Assembly (NCBI GenBank): GCA_951406725.2
Contig: OX597826.1
Coordinates: 59,458,001-59,522,000 of the forward strand
Origin: Octopus vulgaris
Lineage: Eukaryota
Length of the DNA: 64,000 bases
Reading direction: 5' to 3'
A program made the translations under genes and the position numbers. Under the pieces are notes generated by a model, which saw only the letters and a program-made list of their open reading frames with translations, was not told the DNA's origin and did no database searches. Below are positions 27,470-42,008 of the stretch, piece after piece; within the stretch, counting starts at the first letter, position 1; each line of letters opens with the position of its first letter.

Positions 27470-27512
27470 CATATATATATATACAATATATATATATATA
27501 CATATATATATA

Positions 27513-28582
27513 CTAGCAGAAAGACCACCCACCAGGCGGTTTTCTGCTAGCCACTCGGTAATATTTTCACATTTGATTCTCAATTCCAATCATTTTTAGA
27601 ATATTGTCCGCCGTCATGCCTTTGCTGCTAAATGTTCTTTTTCAGTTGCATATTTTGGCATTCTTTCGAGTGAACATATGGTTTTGTTCGTTAATTTCCG
27701 TAAAAAAATGTTTATTTATATACTTTTGTTTTATATACTTTTTTGAATGTATGTGTGTATGAGTGTGTGTGAGAGATAGAGGGACAGAGAGAGTGCCACT
27801 TAAACACCACTCTCTCTCTCTGTTTCACACACACGCATGCATATAAAAAAGATATATGCATATGTATTTATTAAGTACGTAAAAATGACAACACACTCCT
27901 TCATTCACTCACACACTCACTCTCTCTCCTCTCTCTTTCACACACACACTTACACAAACACAAATTTATACAAACATACATACAAGAACACACGTGTGCC
28001 AGTGACACTGACTACAAATACATAGAGCTGAACACGGTGCGAAAAAAGGAAATAAACAAAAATTGCTAAAGAAATTACCTAACTGTACGGGCTCAAGCAA
28101 AATAATGTTCGTATTCTTTTGGGCAGTGAGAAAGTGTGTGTGTGTGAGAAAAAGGGTGGAGAGAGAACATTGCAAACAATGAATGACATAAATATGAAAT
28201 GAAAAATCGTATAAATAAAAGCTCGGTACCGAATATTCTTGTACTGAATATTTGAATTCGTGAACTTGAAATATTCAATAATAAAAGGAAGTTCAGAACG
28301 TAAAGTTTCTTGAAAACTTCAATTTACAAAAAAAAATCTTACTTATTTAGTAAATATTCTTTCAGTAATTTATCGTTGTTGTTTGCAAATAGCGAATGGA
28401 AACTGAAATGAAAACATTAACACAGAGTGAGAGGTTTCGCAAATGAAAACGGAAATTTTCACCTGCAGCGAATTAATATTGCTTAGCTAGTTGCTACATT
28501 GAAAAAGGTTTTAAAAAAGTTAATCATATATATATATATATTTAACAATATTATGTATTTTTGATGAAAAATAAAATGAAGA
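27513..28582 (-). mobile_element. Probable non-autonomous Helitron
   Basis: Minus-strand 3' end: hairpin CTAGCAGAAAACCGCC-TGGTG-GGTGGTCTTTCTGCTAG|T (27550-27513). Candidate 5' end A|TC at 28582 is tentative. Confidence 0.55.
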
Positions 28583-29571
28583 TCCTAATATGTATCCGAG
28601 GTCAAATTAATCATGCATCCCAAGTATGGAACCAATTCGCACAGCCGTTTTCGCGTGAAGTGCGAATACACACACAGTAGTCTATTATATATTATATAAT
28701 ATATATATGCTTCAGCAATGCAAATACACACGTGCAATTGGTGATTTCTTTTCCATCTTTGGACATTTCCCTTTCTCCTTGCCGACAAAGTGCTGCAGCT
28801 CGAAACCTCAAAATCTCTCTCTTTTTACTGAGCGTCAAACTAATACATTCTTTGTGCATTGCTCTTTTTCATTGTTATTGTTCGTTTATTTGATTTGACT
28901 ATGTGTGTGTGTATGTGTCTGTGTGTATGTATGTATGTATGTATGTATGTAAGTATGTATGTATGTATGTATGTATGTATGTGTGTATGTATATATGTAT
29001 GTATGTACATGTATGCATATGTATAAAGATGTATGTATGTAGATATATATGTATATAAATATGCATATGCATATATATCATGATACTTGACTGTTGATTC
29101 CCGGACAGAAATTTTGTTTTTAATGCAGTTGACACGGCCCGATGAAACTGTAATCTGCTGGTATCGAAACGACACTGATATGCGTTAGGTAATTGATAGG
29201 AATATATACTTGATATACGTTTGTTCTGTGCAAAACTTTTATGTCTTGGTGTCCTGTTAATCTGAGTTGTCATTTATTCTCGTAATGTTGAACCTTTAAA
29301 GTGTTTTTCGTTTACGTTGGTTTTCAGGTTGCAGTTTTTACATGTAATGATATAGCATAAATTGTTTACATGTTTTGTCGTATTTATTAGAATAATACAT
29401 TATTCTTTCTATTTTCCTATCACCGGGAGAAGATAAGAAAAAAGAAGGAATATGAATAGAATTAAATACTAAAAATAATTTGGTACGAATATATATATTT
29501 ATAAATAATACAAGTCAATGCTGTCGGTCTTGCGCATTCTAGAAAGTGCTGTCATTGCTTATTAATAAATA

Positions 29572-30172
29572 TTTCAAATTTTAGAACAAGGCCACAAATT
29601 TCGTTGGAGCGGATAAGTAGATTACATCGACCCATTGTTCAACAGCCATTCATTTTATCGACCAAGAAAGGATGAAAAGTAAAATCGACCTCAGTGGAAT
29701 TTGAACTCAGAACGTAAAGACGGAGGAAATAGCGTAAAATATTTTGACCGGTGCAGTAACGCTTCTGGGGTGGGGCTGTAAATCGATTAATCGACCCAAT
29801 TGGGGAACTGCTTCTTATTTTATCGACCCTGAAAGGATGAGAGATAAAGTCGACCATATTTGAAGTCAAAACGTAAAGACCGACGAAATGGCGCTAAACA
29901 TTTTACCCGTCATGGTAACGCCTATGCCTACTCTCCGCTATACTACATATCGATAATTCTTTCTTTTAAAGGCACAAGGCCTGAAATTTTGGGAGAGGGG
30001 TCTAGTCATTTACATGGATCCAAGTGTTTTACTGGTACTTCCTTTATCGACCTCGAAAGGATGAAAAGCAGTGTAAACCTCGGTGGAATTTGAACTCGGA
30101 ACGTAAATACGGAGGAAATATCACCAAGAATTTTGCCCAGCGTGCTAACGATTCTACCAACTCGCTGCCTTA
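29572..30172 (-). mobile_element. Cluster of three diverged SINE family A copies
   Basis: TTTATCGACC...AAAGGATGA motif at about 29655, 29820 and 30045. Confidence 0.8.
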
Positions 30173-31589
30173 TATTGCATATTATTAATAATTATCACTT
30201 AGCACACAGGTGCATGACAAAGCGTTTATTTTGCATGTAAACGTTCTTGATATTTTGTCCCAACGCTCAAAAGTATTACAGGGTAACCATCATCTGTTAT
30301 TTTCATAAGTCACAATAAATCCGAGATTATAATGTGTGTCCACGTTTTCGAAAACACTGTGATGTGATTCATGATATATTTATCTGGTAACTTTAGCAGC
30401 TCAGGGAACCATAGATTAAGGATCTTATTAGGGTACTGCATGCTCTTAACTAATGTGGCTTTTATTTAGTAGGCAAGCTGCCAGTAAACTTAGCACGCCG
30501 GCTGAAATGCTAAGTGACTTTTCGAAAGTATTTACGTTCGGAATTCTCTTCTTCAGCAAAGCCCTTCCTTTTCGCAGTCAAGTCATCATTTAGCAAATGA
30601 GTAATCTTGCGACGGATCATGTTTTTTTGTTCATAGAGGAGTATATACGGCAGAGAAACCGAGAAAACGGCCCTATGATCCTTAGCATAGGGTAATGTGG
30701 AAAAAAAACATTCATTTTTAGTTGCCGTCAAGATAAAATATCAACCAATTACAGGTAGCAATGGGACATAGACAAACTGCCTCTCCTCAAAACTACTGGC
30801 CTTGTGTCTAAACTAAAAATAATTATATTTTATAATCCTTAAAGAAAGGACAAAAAGCTACACCTGACCTTGGTAGGATTTGAACACATTGTATGAGAAC
30901 GAGCATTAAGTTACCAGGAGGTGTTTCATATGACATTCTGTGGTATCCGATGTTCCCACTACCACTACACAGTCAACAACGATAAAGTTTGCACTAGAAA
31001 ACGTGTTTAGTAAAATCCAACTCCATTGACGGTTCTTGGTTTGGATAAATAAACAGCAACTGTAGTAATAATAGAGGACATAATAAATTGGTAGTGTGTA
31101 TGGGTGTGAATGTTTATTTGTGTTTGTTTTGGAGAAAGGATCTTGCGAGAGAAGAGACAGTGAGGGTGGAAATGGAACTAGGAAGGTAAATGAATGAATG
31201 AATGAATGGACGAAACGAACAAAGATAGTATCAGAAATAACAAGGAGTTTTAGAATAAATAATTTTATTTTCAAAGCCAAACTAAGTTTAGAAAGAAAAA
31301 TATAACGACTCGTTGGTAGATAAGGCTGTGATGTTATGGTTGGTTTACAAAGTTTGTTGTTTCGTCTGTTTGTTTGCTTGTGTATGTGTGTGTGTGTGCG
31401 TGAAAGAGAGGGAATGGATAGACAGGATGTTGAAAGAGAGCAGGAGAAAGGTGGATGAAGATGATGTAGAATACAAGTAAAGGGGGAGCAAAAGCAAGAA
31501 AAAACACAAAGGAAGAACGTGAAAAGGAGAGAAGGTAAGAAACTGAGAAATACTCATTCATGAAACAAAACTTTCAAATTCATCAGCAC

Positions 31590-31902
31590 CAGAACTACCA
31601 CTACCACCACCATCATCACCACCACCACAGCACCACGAACAGCAACAACAACAATAACAAGAACAATAAATATACTAGCAGTAGCAGCAGCAGCAGCAGC
31701 GGTTGCTATAACAACAACAACGCCATCCACCTCACCGCTATCAGCATTTAAAAGAAGTTACAGGAATACTGTTGCTTTTTGGAAATGTTTGTTTTACAGT
31801 GTGGGAATGGTTAATCATATTTCTTCTACAGTTACGGTCGTTTTCTCACACAAAATTGTTTAGAATTGTATATCTTCATCATCGTTATTGTTGTTGTTAT
31901 CG

Positions 31903-31940
<38 letters not shown>

Positions 31941-31980
31941 GCAGTCGTTGTCGCCGTCGCCGTCGTCGTTGTTGTTTTAG

Positions 31981-32021
<41 letters not shown>

Positions 32022-32035
32022 CTTCTTCTTCTTCT

Positions 32036-32067
<32 letters not shown>

Positions 32068-32204
32068 GTCTTCTTCTCCATGGTTTCCAAATTCTTCTCA
32101 TCATCCCCATCATTTCTTTCATTTCTTCATCTTCCTCGTCTTTCTCTTCTTCATTCTATTCTGGTTGTTGTAGTCATTGTTTTTGTTATTATCATCATCA
32201 TCAT

Positions 32205-32301
<97 letters not shown>

Positions 32302-32302
32302 G

Positions 32303-32370
<68 letters not shown>

Positions 32371-32378
32371 ACTACTAT
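31590..32378. repeat. Compound trinucleotide microsatellites (CAC/CAA/CAG, TGT, TCT, TAC)
   Basis: Seen directly. Confidence 0.9.
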
Positions 32379-32505
32379 TTCAAATGTTGGCGCAAGGCCA
32401 GCAATTTTAGGGAGGAAGTAAGTCGATTATATTGACCCCAGTACTCAAGTGCTCCTTATTTTATCGACCCCAAAATAAGGAAATGTTTATTATTATTATT
32501 ATTAT

Positions 32506-33038
32506 TTTTCATATACACAACAGATTAAATTGTTGGAAAAGTTTAAAAAAAAAAAATTCCTCCTAAGTATCCTAGCTGTCCCTAATAACACTGTTTTCTG
32601 GGGCAGTACTAAACTGGATTTCAAGTCTATTTCCTCTAGCCATCTCTTCGGATAGATCCTTAGGGATAGTTCCCAATGCACCTATAGCTACTGCGATACA
32701 TTCTATCTGCACTTTCCATAATCTCTGCAATTCAATGGTTAGGTCCTGATACTTTGCAATTTTTTCTCTACCTCTCATATTGATTTTTCTTCATTTGGGA
32801 CTGTAAAGTCAATTATCTGGCACTTTCTATTCTCTTTATCTACTACTACTACTACTACTACTAAATCGGGCCTTCTAGCTTCTATTACTCTGTCAGTCTG
32901 AATGTTAAAGTCCCACAACATTTCTTACTTCCTAGTACTTTACTACGTTCATGTTCATACTATTTATCAGTATGTCCAAATCCTAGCCTTCTACATAACT
33001 CCCAGTGGATTACACTCCCTAGGTTGTTATATTTTCTT

Positions 33039-33040
<2 letters not shown>
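32506..33040 (-). mobile_element. 5'-truncated R4/Dong-like LINE (restriction-like endonuclease C-terminus and 3' UTR)
   Basis: Frameshifted translation IHWELCRRLGF...IQTDRVIEARRPDLVVV...IIDFTVP...EKIAKYQDLTIELQRLWKV...VAIGALGTIPK is a PD-(D/E)xK RLE domain; flanked on both sides by (TAA)n. Confidence 0.85.
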
Positions 33041-33108
<68 letters not shown>

Positions 33109-35217
33109 GGTGGCAACCTATCAGAATTATTAGCACGCTGGACAACACTCTCCTCTTAGTCCTCATACTTGCAATTTCGTCTTTTAGTAATCTGTGCTTT
33201 TCAATCTCTTCCAGTTCTTTGTCTCATAGGCGTTCATTATTATCGTAATCATTATCGCCATTATTATCAGTTCCAATACCGCGAAGAGTAACTTTGCCCT
33301 TCAGCCTTTTGGGAACGATAAAATAGGTACCATTCGAAGATGCGGGTCGATCTAATCGGCAATTCTGAATAGAATACACAACAACATAGATGCTAATTTA
33401 ATGAGTTGCTAATTCATTTGTTCGAACAGTCGAAACCGACAGATGTTTAACATTATCTTCAGGAATAACGAGATAATATATGCAATAATTATAAACTCGC
33501 TCTGATTACCAACGAACGTTAATGTACTTGTGTGAAGGAGAGAGAAAAGGAGAGGAAGATGAAGGGAGAGAAGGAGGAATATTGTGTACTTGTGGTAATA
33601 TCGATTCATATATGATGTTAGATTTCGGTATGTCTCAAGCGACTATATACATCTTCGTCATATGGTAAAGTGTCTCCTGAAAGACGAGAAACTGTAAGCT
33701 TTTTTTTTTCTTTTTAGGAAAACATGTTAGAATTCATAGTTAAATTAATGTAACCGTGCATTATAAAAGGCTCATTAAAGAATTAACGGGTGAAAAGAAA
33801 ACAATACTAGTTAATGAGTTATATAGTTTTATTTGAATTATATCGGCAATTAATTAGTGGTAGTTTAAATATTGATGCCAACTAGTGTTGTAAATCAAGG
33901 TAAACCTCAGCGGGATTTGATGTAACCAAGTACTACAATCTTTATGTCTGACATTCTCCTAATTGTGTCATGTAATGTCCTTTATGCATGATAGTAATGA
34001 ATTATGAGAAAGGCTGAAGGCCACGCTCTTTGCGGGAGTCATTAGTCGATTATTTCGACGCGAATATTTTTTACTGATGTTTTTCCATTATAGATGCTAG
34101 ACTGCTAAAAGGCAAAATTCAACCTTAGTGAGTTTTGAACTAAGTAATTAAAGACGCGTAGTATACACCGTAAGCGACATGTCTGGCTTTCTAGAAATTT
34201 CAACAATCTCTGCACTTTATACAATATAACGGAATTATACAATATAAAATCACGAAACACGACACATATTGCAGTCACTCTTTCCACCTGCAGACGAAGG
34301 TGAAATGCCAAATAGTAACGGATGAGATAGCAGACTGACTTTTAAATTAAGTAGGATATAATGCCATTGTATTAAATATATTAATGTTAACTTAACTATT
34401 GGTTTTCATGAGAATGGCATCTTTTGCGCATTTGTTTTACAACCAATTCTATATTCTATGCCAACAAGTGAACAGTCTTGGACATTTATTTAATGTGTCT
34501 GCTATCAGTGCTTCAACTAATACAATAAAGTATATGTGCTTTGCTGATGCGGTTTGGTTTAATGAACTCGAATTATATCGGATGTTGTTCCCATGGGAAC
34601 CGGAATATATAAATAACATTAGTAAATAAACAATATTGTTTTGTTTTATTTTCTCGTCGCAAATCATTTCTAGTCAGTTTTTCATCGCTCCCGGTACTAA
34701 ATATGTCAACATTAACCTAACTAATGTTTATTGTTTAAGGGATGGCAGTATTTATTCGCCATACAATACTAGTCGTTTTCTACATCAATACGATTGTTAA
34801 ATGACTCTGCCATCGAAAACGCAGTACAATAAGTAAAGACTGTTTGTTTCCGAGTCATGATATTATGGCAGAATATGTTCAGAAATATTCATTAATGGCA
34901 GATCTAATAAAAATCAAACTAAATACATCTGATGAGTTGCCGAAACCATTCACACAAAACTATAAAATACATTAACTAATCTTTTTCTCTTCTCACTCTT
35001 TAAACTTCTTAAGTTTTCCATTAAAGTTTGCCTTTTTAATGCGCACTTGCATTAAATTAGCTATAAATCAATTAATTTTCTCACTAGGTTTTTACCGATA
35101 TAACCAAGATATATACATTTTCCCTATATGTTTATATAATGTATATTAATATAATTCAGTGAAGAATTGTAAAACCTAATAGCTAGTATAAACTCATATA
35201 TTGTTATAACTATAAGA

Positions 35218-35249
35218 TCTCTCTCTCTCTCTCTCGCTCTCTCTCTCTC

Positions 35250-35289
<40 letters not shown>
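35218..35289. repeat. (CT)n microsatellite
   Basis: Seen directly. Confidence 0.95.
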
Positions 35290-35292
<3 letters not shown>

Positions 35293-35673
35293 GAAATTTT
35301 ATTAATAACTTACGTTCGTTGGTTGCAGAGGCTTGCATATGTCAGCCAGATACACGGAGCTATCACAACTTCAGTATTACCTGTCCATATACTAACTTCA
35401 TACAGCAATAGTATTTACAAATAAAATGTTTTATTCAAATCGTTAAGTTCCCATTTATTAATAATTACTTCCCCTGTAAGATACACGTCGTTTTCTGAAA
35501 TGTCATTGTAAGGACGTCAAAACAGATTTCGCTCTTGAATGAGTCGCGTTCACAACCACATGGGCTTTCACACTAGACCCTTGCCATATTCCAGCAAAAT
35601 TTTCTTTTATTCTCATTCATTTCTTTGCAAAATACCAAATAACTCCCACCATCCACTCGTAAAACAAAACCTG

Positions 35674-36372
35674 TTAGTTCGTCAAATATGAAATTTGTAG
35701 TAAGGTGTATGGTAAACTTTGACAGCTGCTCATTTTTCGCCATTATTATATTTTGACAATCTTTATTTTTTTGTTAGAAAGCTGACACATCTATTTCTTT
35801 ATTCTAATTCCTTTTGCCCTTTATAAAGTATTTATAAATCGTTTTTGCTATTTTTATTTACTGATGGATAAATCAGAAATTCGTACAGTTTTAAAATATG
35901 GGTTCTTTCTTGGAAATAGAGCATCAAAGACCGCTCGCAATATTAATGGAGTATTTCATTCTAATGTTATTTCACAGCAGACAGTATCAAATTGGTTTGC
36001 AAAATTTCGTTCTGGTAACTTTAGCCTCACAAATGAGCAACGCGGTCGACCTGAAACAAAGATGGATAATGACGAATTGAAAGCCAGTTGACCAGAAATA
36101 AAGGTGGATAATGACTACCACTTCCAGAATTTGGATAACGTTTTGATAGGAAAAAATTTAATTCCGACCATGCTGTAAAACAGGCCTTCCAATATTTTAT
36201 TTACTCTAGATTATCGGGCTTTTACAGTTCCGGGATGGATAAGCTACCGCTGAAATGGCAAAAGTGTATTGACAATATGGGTGCATACTTTAATGAGTAA
36301 AATTATTCCTTGTATCTGTAAAACATAAGCAAACTTTTTTCTTTTCTACAAATTTCATACTTGACGACCTAA
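35674..36372 (+). mobile_element. Internally deleted mariner (Mos1-like) DNA transposon
   Basis: TIRs TTAGTTCGTCAAATATGAAATTTGTAG (35674-35700) and CTACAAATTTCATACTTGACGACCTAA (36346-36372) followed by TA; N-terminal HTH MDKSEIRTVLKY...WFAKFRSGNFSL (35864-36091); C-terminus DYH...KLPLKWQKCIDNMGAYFNE. Confidence 0.9.
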
Positions 36373-36999
36373 TACTATTATTGGGCGTTAACGAAAATTA
36401 ACGAAAAAAAATGTATTTGAAGGTATCAGAGACATTCTCAAGCGAAGCGACTTAACATTTGTTTTTACCGAATACTTCAAATTTTTCTATAGGGCTCCAA
36501 TATTCGTGTATTTCTGTAAGTGAAGTCTGCTTGCTCGGTTCGTCCCGTGTATTAACTCGACACATAAAGGGATATTCGCAAGTAACATTTTTTTTTTATC
36601 GAATTTTTCTTCAAATTCTTCTGCAGGTCTCCCATATTCCTGTATTTCTTTAAATAAAGCCCGTTTGATCGGTTCATCCTCTTTATTTAATTCGGCATTC
36701 ATAAAGTGCTAATTTTTCATAATTCAATGAACGTCATCCACGTCTCCATTAAAATTAATCCTCTTATTGCTTGTTAGAGTCATTTATTAAATTCTCACAG
36801 TGAAACATTCATCCGAGAAATGCCTCAGAAACGCGTTATCACTTATATTTAGAGATCTTACACGACAGTACGGTAACGCGATTTCATTAAACTGTTAGAT
36901 CTGTACAGGTCATGTGTCAGGTAAACATCAGATTTAATCATAATACAAATCAAGCAGGAAAAATATGAAAAACTAAAGCAACATCAATGATATAAGCCC

Positions 37000-37145
37000 T
37001 GCATCAATGGATCGGCAAAATAGACCGATAGAATAAGTGCCAGGTTTACAAAGAAGAAGTCCAGGGATCGAGTTCTTGGACTAAACCGACTGTGCTCCAG
37101 CATGACCACAGTCAAAATGACTAAAGCAAGTAAAAGAATAAGAGA
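37000..37145 (+). mobile_element. SINE family B tail fragment
   Basis: GACCGATAGAATAAGTGCCAGGTTTACAAAG...GTGCTCCAGCATGACCACAGTC. Confidence 0.7.
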
Positions 37146-37308
37146 ATATGCACTTAAAATCCTCGAGTTTCCACAGTCAATCAACTTGACACATGAACAT
37201 CAACAACTACATGATTTTTGATGCATGAGCACGCACAAAACAAACGTATCCTAAAACATACTAGCATTAAAAGGATCCCAAATACTTCCTAACAGCCACG
37301 CGAAGAGC

Positions 37309-37725
37309 ATGGAGCTACAAGTGAAAATATCAGTTGCTCCGGTAGAAAAGGATTCGGAAATTCAGCCGGCCGAAGAAGAATTAGAGGGGCTGTTTAGCGT
37401 GGAGGACGAAAAGAGGGAACAGAAAAGCCAAAATAAAGGAAAGAAAATAAAAGGAGGAAATGGTGTATGGTATTACGTAACCTACCCAAAGAACATAGAA
37501 ACGGAGTAGAAAATACTCAAGTTCAATCAAATAGTAAGAGTAAAGGTACCAGCATACATATATGCAAAGGATATGAAGGCGATAGTGATTGAAGAGGAAA
37601 GTTATAAGAGACTGCAAGAAATGTGTGGAGATAATATTAACCCAACAGGAGTAAGGGTGGAATTCAAAGAATTGCCCCCAGGAGTGGATTTAGTAGAAAT
37701 TGAACCACTATTGAAATATTACTAA
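37309..37725 (+). pseudogene. Purine-rich disrupted reading frame, probably a LINE ORF1 remnant
   Basis: Non-repetitive E/K-rich coding-like sequence with stops (…VRVEFKELPPGVDLVEIEPLLKYY); family not identified. Confidence 0.3.
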
Positions 37726-38192
37726 AACATAAGTATGCCAAGTCGACAGGAAAAAATAACAGAAAAAAGAAAAAGGAGGGAAAAAAGGAAAAAGAGGGAG
37801 TAAGTGTTTTATGATATGTTTAATAATAACGGAAAATAGAAGAATAATTTTAGAGAACGTATAACGGTTCAAATAATTGTAATGGCAGACGATAATTAAT
37901 TGTTGTGTAAATACATCATAAAAACGGACAGTTAAAAAGATTAATGGTAATGCATGTGATGAGGGGCGCATGCAGCCATTCATAACCTCATTATTATATA
38001 ATCATCTCATCATATTCGTTCTATGTATTGTCCCCACTGTGGTGTCCTGTCTGTCCTTGTTTGTCCTCCTCTATATTTAGGACTTTGTGGCTAATAAAGA
38101 AACCGAGCATTCAGCACCGAAGTATCTTTTCGCAGTGTAACCACTCAAAAGAAAAAGGAAATAACGCTATATATGGCTACCAACGACTAAAT

Positions 38193-38612
38193 ACTCTTTT
38201 ACTTGTTTCAGTCATTTGACTGCGGCCATGCTGGAGCACCGCCTTTAATTGAGCAACTCGATCCCATGACTTATTCTTTGTAAGCGTAGTACTTATTCAA
38301 TCGGTATCTTTTGCCTAACCGCAAAGTTACGGGGACGTAAACACACCAGCATCGGTTGCCAAGTGATGTTGTGGGACAAACACAAACACACAAACACACA
38401 CACACACACATACGTATAAATATATGTATATATATACACACATAAATACGACGGACTTCTATCAGTTTCCGTCTACCAAATACACTCACAAGTCTTTGGT
38501 CAGCCTGAGGCTATAGCAGAAGACACTTGCCCAAGATGCCACGCAGTGGGACTGAACCCGGAATCATGTGGTTGGTTAGCAAGCTACTTACCACACAGCC
38601 ACTCCTGTGCCT
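38193..38612 (-). mobile_element. SINE family B, full length
   Basis: Reverse complement homologous to 43132-43522. Confidence 0.85.
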
Positions 38613-39342
38613 ATATGTATATAATGTATATATAATGTGTTGGAATAAAGGATTAAATATTTATTACTCTGTGCGCCTACTTTAGTCTTTGAAGTAAATT
38701 TCAAACGTTTAAGTCCGTATCAAATTAAGTTAATCTAAAAAGGATTATCTACAAGGAACACAACAGATGCATAATTTATTTGATAAACACATTCATATAA
38801 AGATGACTTCAAAAATCACCTAAGAGGGTTTGAAAACATGATATCGTACCTAATACTAACTTCACTAAATAGAAAAAAAACTAAAAAAAGCTATCTTATC
38901 TAAAATAGTCTCTTACATAAATAACCAATGAAAATGCGGAAAAAACTCAGTGAAAGCAAATCTCTTTACAGTAACCAAACAAGCATGTAGCCAAACCCAC
39001 ACTACTGAATAGGTATGTACGAATAATAGCATGTAAATATAGAATGCAGAAACCATTTGGTTAGAAGTCGAAGGGCGGCCGTGGGACCCGATCCTACATA
39101 CCCTGTAGAGGTGATAGATCTACTCTGTTTGACTGTCTGTTTTTCTCTCTGTATATATACATACATATATACATAGTGGCACTCAAAGCTGATTTGAACT
39201 CACAATCTGACGTCTTAATGAGGGACCATGTCGCCTAGGTAAAGTGTCGCTATAAGTGGAATGCAACTGAGCAAATACCGAGACAATTATGCGTGTAAAT
39301 CTGCAGGGGTTGTGTATACGAAATGTATATATAGGTATGTGT

Positions 39343-39552
39343 GAAGACGCGTGGCTTAGTGGTTAGGGCATTCCGCTCCCGTTTGTAAGGTTTTGAGTTC
39401 AATTCCCGGCGACACGTTGTGTCCTTGAGCAAGACACTTTATTTCACGTTGCTCCAGTCCACTCAGCTGGCAAAATTGAGTTTTTCACGAGAAATGCTGT
39501 TCCGCTGATTGTATCAGCTGGGACCTTCGTCGTCGAAACCGACGGAGTGCTC
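39343..39552 (+). mobile_element. SINE family D
   Basis: GAAGACGCGTGGCTTAGTGGTTAGGG (A box), GAGTTCAATTCC (B box), GTGTCCTTGAGCAAGACACTT. Confidence 0.8.
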
Positions 39553-40109
39553 CTATAGGCATGTATGCAAGTAAATAAAGAGTAAGGAAGGTCTGAAAAT
39601 ATTCAGAGGTTCAATATTCAAGATTAAATATCTACATATCAATATACCAACAGACCGAAATTAAACACAGTACAAACGACAGAGAAAATATATAAGTATC
39701 GATATGTTTACACCTGTATATTCATCGTTTCAAAAATTTCAGCCTATTTACTTGTATACATGTATATATATCTTGTATATCAGTATATCAAATCCACGGA
39801 ATTTTGTTTCTTTATTCGTGTACTTTTGTGTATATATGTCCGTGTGTGTGCGTGTCTTTCTCTCTCTTCTCTCCTGAGGCTAAAGAACTGTAACATTCCT
39901 CCCATGCAGGACTGCCACATTACGTTAAAAATAGTGTTTACTTTAAGGTACTGTTACAAAATACCTCTCGTTGAGAGATTTAGAAATAATGTTTATATAT
40001 ATGTGTGTGTGTGTGTGTGTGTGCGTGTGTGTGTGTGTGTGTATACGCAAACTAAATTTAATTCGTTCTTAGTTGAAAGACACCTGTTGTTATGTCCTGT
40101 AACTTGTAT

Positions 40110-40355
40110 TTATGTAACATTCTCCGTCTTTTTTCCGTATACATTCGCACTTTCATCCAAGGAATCTAATGCCCTTAGCTTATTTCTTCTTTGAAGCTGG
40201 CCAGATTCGAGCAATCCCAAGTATAAACATCCGTAATTGCAAAGATAATCTGGAACTCGACTGAAGAAAGAAAACTCCGAATGACACGCCATTGTTTTCT
40301 TTGTATCATCTATCTGGATGTTTTGCGTTCTTGTCCCATTTTGCATTTTTATACG
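40110..40355 (+). mobile_element. Penelope-like tail fragment
   Basis: AACTCGACTGAAGAAAGAAA..CTCCGAATGAC...TCTGGATGTTTTGCGTTCTTGTCCCATT shared with 44550-44690; abuts (TA)n. Confidence 0.45.
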
Positions 40356-40366
40356 TAAAATTATAT

Positions 40367-40397
<31 letters not shown>

Positions 40398-40402
40398 CAT
40401 AT

Positions 40403-40804
<402 letters not shown>

Positions 40805-40841
40805 TATATATATTTATATATATATATACACACACGCACAC

Positions 40842-40882
<41 letters not shown>

Positions 40883-40892
40883 TATATATATA

Positions 40893-41062
40893 TAGGGGGA
40901 AGTTCAGAAGAAAACAAAAGACGAAGACAGGTGGTGTAGAAAAGTAGACAACAAACAGATGTATTAGTATATAAAAAGTCTTTAACGTTCCGAGCCTACG
41001 CTCTTCTACAGAAAGGAACACAGAAAGAATCAAGGAGAGAAAATAAAGAATGTGTAGTGGCT
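40893..41062 (-). mobile_element. Penelope-like fragment with degenerate hammerhead (40980-41015) inside (TA)n
   Basis: Minus strand: cttt CTGTAGA A gagc-gtag-gctc GGAA cg TT aaag; same architecture as 11118-11152 with two core changes. Confidence 0.55.
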
Positions 41063-41104
41063 ATATATATATATGTGTGTGCGTGTGTGTGTTTGCATAT
41101 ATGT

Positions 41105-41367
41105 GAAGGCGCGTGGCTCAGTTGATAGAGCGTCGAGCTTACGATGGTAAGGTTGTGAGTTCGAAACCCGGACTGGGCTGCGTGTTATGTTCTTGAGCAA
41201 GACACTCTTTCACGTGCTCCAACTCACCAAGCTGTAGAAATGAGTTGGGATATCACAGGTGCCAAGCTGTATCGGCCTTTGCCTTTCCCTTGGATAACAC
41301 TGATGGCGTGGAGAGGGGAGGCCGGTATGCATGGGCGACCGCTGGTCTTCCATAAACAACCTTGCTC
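41105..41367 (+). mobile_element. SINE family D-related, distinct tail
   Basis: GAAGGCGCGTGGCTCAGTTGATAG, GAGTTCGAAACCC, TTCTTGAGCAAGACAC; tail not shared with other copies here. Confidence 0.75.
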
Positions 41368-41399
41368 CCAAAGTCAGTCATGACCGAATGAGGTCTCCG

Positions 41400-41510
41400 A
41401 TGTATGTATGTATGTATGTATGTATGTATGTATGTATGTATGTATGTATGTATGTATGTATGTATGTATGTATGTATGTATGTATGTATGTATGTATGCA
41501 TGTATGTATG
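41400..41510. repeat. (TATG)n microsatellite
   Basis: Seen directly. Confidence 0.95.
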
Positions 41511-41972
41511 TGTGTCTGTGTGTAAATATGTATATGTATATACATATATATATGTATATATATATGTATATATATCTAAGTATATATGCATAACATATGT
41601 ATATATTTATGTATATATGTATATGTATATGTATGCATGTATGTATATATGTATGTATATAAGTATGAAGTCACGTAAAAAACCTCAATTCAGACAGAGG
41701 TCCCAGAGTTAACGCTTTAACGCTCACATATATATATGCAAGCATAAATACATACACATACCCACACAGATACTGACCCACACACAGATACACATATACA
41801 TTGACACATATACACACACAAAGACATATATACGTATGTATACTCCTCACCAAGATTGCAACAAAAAAGAACTATATTGAAATATTAGACACATATATAG
41901 ACAGGTGCGTGTGTGGGAATGTGTACGTGTATGTGCGTATATATATATATATATATATATATATCCACTCAT

Positions 41973-42008
<36 letters not shown>

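Noticed and set aside
31525-31545. Strong donor-like AAG|GTAAGA
   Set aside because: An isolated motif expected by chance in 64 kb; cannot be supported without transcript data.
34929-34950. CTGATGAGTTGCCGAAAC hammerhead-like string
   Set aside because: Stem II is only 1 bp and no stem III, cleavage triplet or stem I pairing follows.
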